The notes below the pieces were generated by a model. That model was not told the origin of the DNA. It did not search any database and worked only from the letters and a program-made list of their open reading frames with translations. DNA of 60,386 nt. Origin: a virus. Its lineage: Duplodnaviria; Caudoviricetes. The DNA lies in the IMG/VR virus record IMGVR_UViG_3300032053_000078, positions 1 to 60,386 of that record; one strand, given 5' to 3'. The number at the start of each line of letters is the position of its first letter. Within the stretch, counting starts at the first letter, position 1. Positions 49,601 to 56,421 of this stretch are shown here, piece by piece. Made by a program: the position numbers and the translations under genes.

Positions 49601-50164
49601 GTACTCAGCGCCAAGCAACGCGCACACAGACCCGATCAGACGGCGACCCTCGTCACCCAAGCTCTGAACCGTTCCCAACTTGCACAACGTCACATGCAAA
49701 CCGTCCGCCGCCGCGCCATCACCAACAGCCAACGCAGACTTTTCGAGCGGTGTCGGCTCCAACGACACGATCACCGCGTCAGAGTTCCGGTCGAACGTCT
49801 TGGCGCGGGAAACCCACGAACCTTCCGGGGTGCCCCACTGGATCATGTGGACAGGACCAGCCGGGTTCGACGGCAACTGGTACGAGAAGTTGCCGCCACG
49901 AAGGTTCGCCGCAGCGACAGGGGTGTCCGCGTTTCCCTCCGGTGCCGCCGGGGCCACCGGTTCCCGCGGGGTCCACCCGCCCTCGGGTGGCTCCACCAAC
50001 GGGATTTCATTGGGGATGTCAACAACCGCCCCTTCGGGCATCGCGTCGATCTCAGCGACAAGTGTGTCCCACGTCGCCTTCCACTCGGGCGGACCGCTGA
50101 ACTCGCGTTCGTTCAGGATGTCGGTCAACATCTTCACCATGTCGTCAAACTCTGGAGTAGCCAT
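46607..50164 (-). CDS. capsid maturation protease-type protein with N-terminal 2H phosphoesterase and a tagged module
   Basis: LHVTL/PHVTL pair; WEGVLTVEG..SGD.R, GHEGAVICG.I, GTCHIG and SPDWR...LLAVNTSGF as in cluster-B-like head proteases; tag at 49196-49222. Confidence 0.75.
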   Translation of the reverse strand: MATPEFDDMVKMLTDILNEREFSGPPEWKATWDTLVAEIDAMPEGAVVDIPNEIPLVEPPEGGWTPREPVAPAAPEGNADTPVAAANLRGGNFSYQLPSNPAGPVHMIQWGTPEGSWVSRAKTFDRNSDAVIVSLEPTPLEKSALAVGDGAAADGLHVTLCKLGTVQSLGDEGRRLIGSVCALLGAEYRPIEASIGGIGWFGAADASTVALVNGAELPALRHAVCSALAEAGFPAVDDLGFMPHVTLADGPVDAASVVGQSLTFNELRVRWGNEVLAFDLIGIAKPPVAPEPILEIAPEAPLTSAERLEAALEVFGGPGSGPHKQGDSGGESPKQATLPGTEQKPSIGDRLRGLVGKDPKGALPDGPAPGYGTVTPMKWTENTQGPETGHDPKYDGPSYTGVGSVTNATGAEQETRNVISSNPEQTEFTYDVSIHIADDPGGVREIPAGTDTGTAPSLDEAKAAGDALIEAAAADHVAAVDQAVAEAAPSGQPAMPDPGNWYFTGERWTFTAEEMPSETPPVDITSIPDDALAIELGRRAAVQAVEALEADGGEVSASAKAMIEENALDAVDSALSAAIQGLAATEVATDEIPAEVADVAEATDPVERDAVTAAAIRARLRARRAAREEAFNGDDSPVVVIEVEVEGREDDDEGDDDGMEMCDECGAVMEPMDGHCSECGAMIVPPMGEMMASTPDRPYEWEGVLTVEGVPSGDNRMISEGSLTWRELPVPLMLQTVNAPGHEGAVICGSIVEVERDGKSIVGRGYFSANDAGGAARQLLDEKSMRGISVDIDSVQMVFADPAGVELSRDQAMEAHAFGDGEVLELIVSGRVMGATLTPFPAFQEAHVYLLGPTENAPEALVASASGPIYRSTRPADVVLAGDDMLGALVASAGGAAAAPPAAWFQLQPMDVPVPFTVSADGRCYGLLAQFGTCHIGNSGVCVEVPQSNDFRSFYTGKTVLTAEGTSLSVGPIIMDTVHPNLRMQASDAQAFYAHTGCAVADVRLYTNDHGIVAAGCVRPEVDELTVRRFRASDISPDWRPIGGQRRLVSLLAVNTSGFLVEGIAASAGRFQPWGLVDLATGELGALVAAGAIHNPDRRTVGDELAEMQARLAQQDSMISVLMAPHVAADRRARTSVAMSALGLDCGCGCGGASGASCSTERDARLAAALGLLDGPRRGAAVPVG

Positions 50165-52881
50165 CAGGCAGTACCTTTCGCCAAGAACGTGCCATACCCG
50201 GCGTCGTCATGGACCGTGAACGGTTGACCGAGCGTCCCCTCACCAAGGAGTTTGGGTTCGCCCCCGGTGCCCGAATCGAACAGTTGAACCGAATCGAACT
50301 TGTCTGCGATCTGCGGAAAGATTCTCGACACCGACGCATGTCCGGCCCGGACAATCGACTCGCCCACGAACCGCCCCTTCTTTTCACCGCGAGCTTCAGC
50401 TCTCGCCACAGCCACATCAGTTGGAGCGGTCACATACAACCCCTTGACCGCAGCGCCCGACGCGCGGGCAGCGTCGATCTTCGCTCCCATCTTCTCCGTT
50501 GAGCTGTCACCCACAGCGTCGACAACAGTGTGGTAACCACCGTCGAGAGCGGCCTGTAGCAACATCGCCGAGACGTCCGACGATTCCTCGTGGACGAACC
50601 CGGCTGCGCCCCGGTCGCCCACCTCGACGAGTTTGTCCATCTCAGGAAGCATGTTCTTGATTTCGTCAGCGTTGACCAACACCGCCTCACGGTTCGCGGT
50701 GCTCGGCATACCGCTCCGCCCCGAAGTCTCGACCGTCGACTTGCCTGCCGCCGGACCGCCGCCAAGGAACGTCACCGACGGTGTCCCGTCAGCCTTGGGT
50801 ACACCTTCAAGGAACGAAGCGATGATCTGAGCGTGGAGAGCTTGACGTTCAGGGGTGTATTTCCCGTTGGCGTCCTTGAAGTCCTTTTGGGTGTCCGAAC
50901 CTTTTGTGCCGCGGATCTCAGCGATCTTCGCTTCGTCGCGAGGGCGACCCTCTTTCCCGGTCGTGCCCTTCAACGACTTCTGCTCGTCGATCACAGCCTT
51001 CCGCTCAGCGCGATCAGCCTTCTCAGCGTCGGTCAACTTGTGTGGCCCCGACCCCGGGCCACCGAACTCTCGAACACCCCAACGGCTGCCGTCAGAGACC
51101 GCCGAAGCTGATTTCGCGTTCACCAAAGTCACCGAATCGGTCCCATCTCGCAGCAGAGCAACGTCCCCGGCAGCGTAGAGGCCGACCCCACGCTTCTGAG
51201 GGACCCTCCCGACCGACAAAGCCTCCGCATCCGCCGTCCCATCACCGCCGTCACCCGGGGTGATGTCGGCCAACGCTCCGCCCTCCTCGTCAGCGGAAGC
51301 CTCACCCTCAACCACACCCTCATCCGGCGAGTCGATCGAGTACGTCACCCAACACTGGCAGTTATGGGCGATCAACCCGTTCGCCCCATACCAGTTGGAA
51401 GCCGTGCCAAGATTGAACACATAGCCCGACCATTGACCCCACTCGATACTGACGACCTCGTCCGCCGCTACCACACCGGCGAGTCCGTCCAGAGCCTCGC
51501 CCGAGATTTCAACGTGTCCCGTTGGACGATCAACCATCGGCTCACCCAAGCCGGGACTGAACTCCGAGGACGGAGCGAAGCCCAACGAACCAGACAAGAA
51601 CGACACCCCGCGTCGGTCGTTGCCGCCCACGCCGCCCGACGCGGAAGCAAGGCCGGGACCAACGAGTTGACGGCCAAAGCCCGGACCCGCGAGCGCACCC
51701 TCCAGTTCGTCGGCTCCCACGAGCATGAACTCCTGCAACGACTTGCTCAACGCGGCCACGTCGGACGTCCGCAAGAGCCGGTCGGTCGATACAACCTCGA
51801 CATCGGTTACCCGTCCGTCGCCGTGGAAGTCCATCGAAGAACCAACAACCCGATGAACGACCCCGGCGTCACGAGCCGCAACGAACACCTCGGAGGCAGG
51901 GTCTCCTTGTATGTGTGGATCAACCCCCGTGATGACCGCCTCGTCAACGAGGCGATAGAGGTGATCGACCGATGGTTGCACCTCGCACGCCGGAACCCAT
52001 CCACGGCCGGTGAGCACTGGGTGGTTCGGGGTAACGGTCAGATCGTGTCCGGCCCGGGTGGACAACCTCACCACCGGACCCGAATAGATCCGCCGGTAAG
52101 CACGCGAGATTTCATCCGCTGACAGCACCGTGTCGGGCAACACGCAGTTGATCGACTCCTCCGGGGGCAACTCCGGGTCCCCCGGGTACATCCCCTCGCC
52201 ACCAGCGAGAACGAACAGTTCGTCGACCGCGACGGTTTGACCGTCAGCGTCCATGTGTGAATCCCGCGAGTTGCGGAACATGCAGTTCCACGTTTTCGTG
52301 CCGACCATCTGGCCCAGCTCAATCATCCCGTGAGCTGCGCCCTCGGAGATCGACGTCGCCGACGACTCACCCATCGCCTCAGCCAACGCGTCGGACAACG
52401 GCCCCGACGTGTCCTCACCCAACCCCAGTTCGTCACCCAAACGGGTCGAATCCCACCCGTCCTCGGACCCCCGGCCCATCAACGTCTCGACACGGTCCGC
52501 CACGATTTCACCACGGTTCGAGAGCATCTGAGCGATCTCGTACCCGATCAACCCGGTCATCGCGAGGATCGCCGCCGACGTGAAGAACCCCGGGCCGCCG
52601 TCCTCCCCGTCGGTAGGGTCAATCTCAGCACCATCGGCGAAGGCGTACGCGGCTTCGGCGGCGATCTCGTCGAAGTAGTCGGCGATCTCACCGTTCATCT
52701 CGTCGAGCCATTCCTGCTGGTCGAACACTTCGCCCGGGACGTCGGGGAAGCTGTCCTCACCGAACGCTTCGAGGTTGTCCGCCATCGAGGCGCGCGTGCG
52801 TTCCGCCGCTGTTTGCACCGCCAGCGCGCCCTGCGCCGCCCAACGCTTCCGGTCCGCCTCGCTGAACGAGAAGATGGGCAT
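50164..52881 (-). CDS. MuF-like minor head protein with intein and C-terminal zeta-toxin-like P-loop kinase
   Basis: KTW...RDSH..ADGQ...MYPGDP..P.EE.IN-(intein)-CQC; GGGPAAGKST, NADEIK, HEESS. Confidence 0.85.
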   Translation of the reverse strand: MPIFSFSEADRKRWAAQGALAVQTAAERTRASMADNLEAFGEDSFPDVPGEVFDQQEWLDEMNGEIADYFDEIAAEAAYAFADGAEIDPTDGEDGGPGFFTSAAILAMTGLIGYEIAQMLSNRGEIVADRVETLMGRGSEDGWDSTRLGDELGLGEDTSGPLSDALAEAMGESSATSISEGAAHGMIELGQMVGTKTWNCMFRNSRDSHMDADGQTVAVDELFVLAGGEGMYPGDPELPPEESINCVLPDTVLSADEISRAYRRIYSGPVVRLSTRAGHDLTVTPNHPVLTGRGWVPACEVQPSVDHLYRLVDEAVITGVDPHIQGDPASEVFVAARDAGVVHRVVGSSMDFHGDGRVTDVEVVSTDRLLRTSDVAALSKSLQEFMLVGADELEGALAGPGFGRQLVGPGLASASGGVGGNDRRGVSFLSGSLGFAPSSEFSPGLGEPMVDRPTGHVEISGEALDGLAGVVAADEVVSIEWGQWSGYVFNLGTASNWYGANGLIAHNCQCWVTYSIDSPDEGVVEGEASADEEGGALADITPGDGGDGTADAEALSVGRVPQKRGVGLYAAGDVALLRDGTDSVTLVNAKSASAVSDGSRWGVREFGGPGSGPHKLTDAEKADRAERKAVIDEQKSLKGTTGKEGRPRDEAKIAEIRGTKGSDTQKDFKDANGKYTPERQALHAQIIASFLEGVPKADGTPSVTFLGGGPAAGKSTVETSGRSGMPSTANREAVLVNADEIKNMLPEMDKLVEVGDRGAAGFVHEESSDVSAMLLQAALDGGYHTVVDAVGDSSTEKMGAKIDAARASGAAVKGLYVTAPTDVAVARAEARGEKKGRFVGESIVRAGHASVSRIFPQIADKFDSVQLFDSGTGGEPKLLGEGTLGQPFTVHDDAGYGTFLAKGTA
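51361..52146 (-). mobile_element. intein (262 aa) in the MuF protein
   Basis: starts CVLPDT; block B TVTPNHPVLT..GW; ends YVFNL...YGANGLIAHN followed by Cys; splicing restores INCQC. Confidence 0.92.
51364..52122 (+). CDS. antisense-encoded HTH plus DUF559/Vsr-like endonuclease nested in the intein
   Basis: HTH DLVRRYHTGESVQSLARDFNVSRWTINHRL; nuclease-like E.ELLQRL..RG...PQEPVGRYNLDIG....AVEV; start uncertain (ATG 51364, ATA 51421 or TTG 51433). Confidence 0.7.
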   Translation: MGDQPVRPIPVGSRAKIEHIARPLTPLDTDDLVRRYHTGESVQSLARDFNVSRWTINHRLTQAGTELRGRSEAQRTRQERHPASVVAAHAARRGSKAGTNELTAKARTRERTLQFVGSHEHELLQRLAQRGHVGRPQEPVGRYNLDIGYPSVAVEVHRRTNNPMNDPGVTSRNEHLGGRVSLYVWINPRDDRLVNEAIEVIDRWLHLARRNPSTAGEHWVVRGNGQIVSGPGGQPHHRTRIDPPVSTRDFIR

Positions 52882-52885
52882 GGTC

Positions 52886-54877
52886 TCAGCTCCGAATCAG
52901 GTCGCCAGCCACCAACGCGGACACGACCAACTCGGTTGGGATCTTGAACCCGTTAGTACCAACCGAAAGGCGGCGGTCCAACGCTGTCACCGCGTACATC
53001 GACAGTTGCTCCGCCAGCTCGGCGGCGGCGACCTCCGCGCTTTGCTGCGCCAGATATGGGTCAGCGCCCTGATCGACCAAAGCGACGCGCAACCAATCCG
53101 CCACCCGGATTTGGAGATCGTTCCAACATCCCGAGAACAGCTCCTCACGACCCAAACCGGCGCGTGTCGCCAGCTCCGAACCGGCGACGGTCAACACCTC
53201 AGACCGTTTCGACCCTCGCAACCGGTCCGCTTCCTCCCGGTCGATACCGTTGAACCGCGAGATCAACCGGTTAGCGGCGCGTTCCAGACCCCGGTCGAGT
53301 TCGCGGTCGGCCGCGGCGAGCAACACACCGAGCACGGTCGGCGACACGTTCGCCAACCTTGGGACGTTCGGCGGTTCGGCACCGCCGGACTGCGGTGGCC
53401 CAATCGCTCCCGGCGGGTCCTGCGCCCCACCCGGCGCGGACTGGCCGGTCTGCCACTTTTCCAATGCGGCGGGCAGATCCTTGTCGTCGGGGTACAGCAA
53501 CGGCAGGATCGCCGGTCCCAACGTCGGCTGAGCGTACAGAAGTCGCTCCAAGGTCCGGCGCTCACGTTCCTCTGTCGACGGCATGTCCGCCTCGTCCAGA
53601 CCGTTCAGGCGAACCCACGCGTCCTCCGACACGATTTCAAGTCCGAACCCGGTCGTGGCGTTGTCCGACAGGTCCGTCTCGGCGGTGATCGGCGTCACAT
53701 CGAGCGCCAACCGGAACCACTCAGTTTCTTCCGGTTCCAACGCCTCGAAGATCGTCAACATCGGCCGCAGGTATGCAGACGAGATGAACCCCACGATGAC
53801 ATCGCCCAACGGGATCACATGCTTCGCGATGAAGTCTGCGTCGACGTTGTACCCCGTCCAGTGGTTCAGGTTCGCTTTCCCGGTCATCACCTCGGGGTTG
53901 ATGTCCAAGCCCGCCGCCAGCCGTTCCAAAGCCTCTTGACGGAGGTCCTTGTAGAGGCCATCGAGGTCGCGTGTCAGGTCGATTCGCCCCATCAGGTCTT
54001 TCGCCGGGTGGTCCTTGATGAACGCCGGGCCGCGCATCAGCAGCGGGACGAGCGATGACGCCGACGTGCGATCCTCGATCGGCGAGTTGATATGTCGGGC
54101 CAGTTCCTCCTCGAACTCGTCACCACCAGTAGCGGGATCGCCGGGGTTCTCAAACTCGTCCGACGGTCCAAACGAAACCTCCCACGGGACGTAGAACAGC
54201 CCGGCGGCGAGACGGGATTTGGCGATCGCGTCGATCACCTGCGTCAACAGCACCAGTTCCCGGCAGATCGGAAGGACGCGCCGCATCGGACAATCAGCGC
54301 GAGCTGAGTACCGTGGGTCGCGGTGGTGGAGGCGAGCGACGTACGCGTCGACGTCGACGTCCGCTTTGCCTTGCGAACCGCCCCACGCGTTGCGTGTGAC
54401 CTTGCCGCCCTTCTCGACTTTCAGCTCCAACGTCGACAGGAACTCCCACAACAGCCCCGCCGAACGCTTGCGTTCGTCAACGATCGGTTGGCCGAACAGG
54501 TAGCACTCCCCTGCGATTTCATAGTTGAGGGCGGCCTGTCGTAGCAGCTCACCTTGGCCGCCTTCGGGTGGCTTGAACGCTGCCAGCACTCTCAACACGC
54601 GGGGATCGTCGGTCTCGACCCATTCGTCGGTGTTCGGGACGCGAACCTCGGGGCGGATGACGCACCGGCCGATCATGTTGGCCTTCAAGTTCAGTGCATA
54701 GCCGACCTCGCCGATGGCTTCGACGAACGAGTACGCGTCCTGTTGCCAGTTCTCTTTCGTGATCGGCGCTTCGATCTCGTCGACCGTTTTCAGCGGGGAC
54801 TCGTGGTTCGACGGGGAGCGCATCACGAAACTGCCCCGCCGGTCAGGTGCTACGACAGTCCGTATCGGTGGGCGCAT
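52886..54877 (-). CDS. portal protein
   Basis: WQQDAY...IGEVGY...KAN...C, IAGECYL, AKSRL..GL..VP, RLAAGLD..PE..TG..N.NHW motifs; first gene of the head cluster. Confidence 0.85.
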   Translation of the reverse strand: MRPPIRTVVAPDRRGSFVMRSPSNHESPLKTVDEIEAPITKENWQQDAYSFVEAIGEVGYALNLKANMIGRCVIRPEVRVPNTDEWVETDDPRVLRVLAAFKPPEGGQGELLRQAALNYEIAGECYLFGQPIVDERKRSAGLLWEFLSTLELKVEKGGKVTRNAWGGSQGKADVDVDAYVARLHHRDPRYSARADCPMRRVLPICRELVLLTQVIDAIAKSRLAAGLFYVPWEVSFGPSDEFENPGDPATGGDEFEEELARHINSPIEDRTSASSLVPLLMRGPAFIKDHPAKDLMGRIDLTRDLDGLYKDLRQEALERLAAGLDINPEVMTGKANLNHWTGYNVDADFIAKHVIPLGDVIVGFISSAYLRPMLTIFEALEPEETEWFRLALDVTPITAETDLSDNATTGFGLEIVSEDAWVRLNGLDEADMPSTEERERRTLERLLYAQPTLGPAILPLLYPDDKDLPAALEKWQTGQSAPGGAQDPPGAIGPPQSGGAEPPNVPRLANVSPTVLGVLLAAADRELDRGLERAANRLISRFNGIDREEADRLRGSKRSEVLTVAGSELATRAGLGREELFSGCWNDLQIRVADWLRVALVDQGADPYLAQQSAEVAAAELAEQLSMYAVTALDRRLSVGTNGFKIPTELVVSALVAGDLIRS

Positions 54878-54926
54878 CCACTCACACTAGCGAGCGCACC
54901 CCATCGGACCGGGGAGCCAAGTGAGG

Positions 54927-55121
54927 TCAGAACTCCGAGAGCGTCGCCGCCGGGTCCGCCGGGCATGAACAGGTCGACCATTCGCCGGAGGGGAACCCTT
55001 CCACACGGTCGCCACAGCCAGCGCACGTCGCTATGACCGTAAGGCCCGGGGCGGGGATTTCACCACGCTCGAACAGGTCAGCGATTTCAGGGGCATCGGA
55101 GTTGAGGTACGGGTAGCTCAT
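54927..55121 (-). CDS. small early protein with CxxC/CxC
   Basis: ATGA-coupled; CAGC...CSC. Confidence 0.55.
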   Translation of the reverse strand: MSYPYLNSDAPEIADLFERGEIPAPGLTVIATCAGCGDRVEGFPSGEWSTCSCPADPAATLSEF

Positions 55122-55363
55122 GCTTTTTCCCATCCGTATTCGGCGGCGTACATCGGGAGGACGTCGACCAGTTCAGTGAGCCGGTTGACCTGCCCGACAC
55201 GTTTCTCACCGGCGAAGATCAGCCAGTGGTAGCGGGGGGTCGGGTTCGACAAGTTCCCGTTGCGCGGGTACGCGTAGCCGACGACACGTTTGCGGATGGT
55301 GACCCCGGCGTAATCGGTGGGTCGGGCTGCCCCGTCGTAGAAGGGGGTGGGTTGGGTGCTCAT
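55118..55363 (-). CDS. early hypothetical protein
   Basis: ATGA-coupled ORF. Confidence 0.65.
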   Translation of the reverse strand: MSTQPTPFYDGAARPTDYAGVTIRKRVVGYAYPRNGNLSNPTPRYHWLIFAGEKRVGQVNRLTELVDVLPMYAAEYGWEKA

Positions 55364-55608
55364 GCTGCGACCAGCTTCGCTCCGGCATGGAGGATGGGGG
55401 CGAGGCTGTATGCGCCGTAGGGGAGGACGTACTCGTACCCGTCGTGGATCTTGATGCCGACGCGGAAGGTCTTGCCGTACTGGGCGAACGTGACGAACTT
55501 CGCGGTCCGGGCGACGACCTCGAAACGGAAGATGCAGTCGTAGTCACCGTGTGAGCGGGTCTCGTACTTCTCTCCAACCTTGAAGGTTGCGATGGCTGCT
55601 TCGTTCAT
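55360..55608 (-). CDS. early hypothetical protein (TFKVGEKY...)
   Basis: AGGAGCACCACC-ATG start. Confidence 0.75.
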   Translation of the reverse strand: MNEAAIATFKVGEKYETRSHGDYDCIFRFEVVARTAKFVTFAQYGKTFRVGIKIHDGYEYVLPYGAYSLAPILHAGAKLVAA

Positions 55609-55629
55609 GGTGGTGCTCCTCGTGGTCGG

Positions 55630-55887
55630 TCAGTAGTCGAAGTCGGGGTTCTCGGTCAGGACGGTGAACCCGGCGGCGGTGGCTGCCTTGGCGCACTCTG
55701 ACCCGAGAAGGGCGGCGGGATCATCGGCTTCGGCATGGGGGGCGACGGCGTAGCGGGTGTTGGCCCCGGTGAGCTTGCGCCCGCAGTGGGTACACTCGAA
55801 GCCGGTCGGGCCGTAGTGCAGCTTGGCGATGCGAGCTTGGTACTTCGGTCCGTAGAAGAACTCGGTGGTCTCTGCGGTGGTGCTCAT
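55630..55887 (-). CDS. early zinc-finger-like protein (MSTTAET...)
   Basis: AAGGACCACCACC-ATG; CTHCGRKL...GSECAK. Confidence 0.7.
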   Translation of the reverse strand: MSTTAETTEFFYGPKYQARIAKLHYGPTGFECTHCGRKLTGANTRYAVAPHAEADDPAALLGSECAKAATAAGFTVLTENPDFDY

Positions 55888-55923
55888 GGTGGTGGTCCTT
55901 TTGGTGGCTTCTCTCACAACTTC

Positions 55924-55952
55924 ACTGTAGCGGTTCACGCTACGTTATGCAA
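55924..55952 (-). promoter_or_regulatory. sigma-A-like early promoter
   Basis: TTGCAT-17 nt-TACAGT; downstream GAAGTTGTGAGAGAAG nearly identical to that after the 1267 promoter. Confidence 0.75.
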
Positions 55953-55974
55953 CCCGGGGAGGCAGTCCCATTTG

Positions 55975-56302
55975 GTTTCGTAAGACATCCCCCACCCACC
56001 GGAGGCTCTTTCACCGCGTGAGAGGGAATGTCTTACGAAGCCGGATGGGGCTTGGCGGGAACCGGACTTTCGTAGGCTACGGAGCGAGTCGACTCACAGG
56101 GTCAGTCCTCGGTCTTTGGTTGTTCCTACGCTTTCCGACTCCCTCCGAGACTCACCCGGTCAGTTGGCCCGCTGAACCCGGAGGATGGCGGCGAACTGGG
56201 TGGCCGGTGGGCGAACCGGCGGGCGTGGCTTGAACACCCGGCGGGGCTGGCGGTGGAAGATCCTCACGACCCTCCTCCTTCCCGGGGGACCTTCCCCCTG
56301 CA
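55975..56302 (-). ncRNA. putative stand-alone structured ncRNA (RNA-2)
   Basis: own promoter; no credible ORF; terminal stem TTCGTAAGACAT/ATGTCTTACGAA; motifs shared with RNA-1. Confidence 0.65.
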
Positions 56303-56307
56303 ACTCC

Positions 56308-56336
56308 AATATACCGTAGTTCCTCGCTATACACAA
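56308..56336 (-). promoter_or_regulatory. sigma-A-like promoter for RNA-2
   Basis: TTGTGT-17 nt-TATATT; spacer shares GAACTACGG with the 1267 promoter. Confidence 0.8.
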
Positions 56337-56370
56337 CCTCTATGGGAGGATTTCACCGAAAACGCGAAGA

Positions 56371-56399
56371 AGCCGGACCCCTGTAGGAAGGGTCCGGCT
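56371..56399 (-). terminator. intrinsic terminator after DUF932-like gene
   Basis: 10-bp stem AGCCGGACCC/GGGTCCGGCT followed by TCTTCGCGTTTT. Confidence 0.75.
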
Positions 56400-56421
56400 C
56401 CTCCAACCGGAGAACACCACA

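Noticed and set aside
35033-51066. Recurrent linker repeats as a CRISPR array or DGR
   Set aside because: Repeats are in-frame coding, about 1-2.7 kb apart and degenerate; no cas or reverse transcriptase gene in the window
52775-54058. 427-aa plus-strand ORF opposite the portal
   Set aside because: Shadow ORF with no recognisable domain, unlike the antisense ORF inside the intein
56055-56075. GAAAGTCCGG resembling the RNase P RNA P4 5' strand
   Set aside because: Located near the 3' end of RNA-2, with no matching P4 3' partner visible
56152-56334. 60-aa ORF over RNA-2
   Set aside because: Start codon lies inside the -35 box, upstream of the predicted TSS; Pro/Gly-rich non-protein-like sequence
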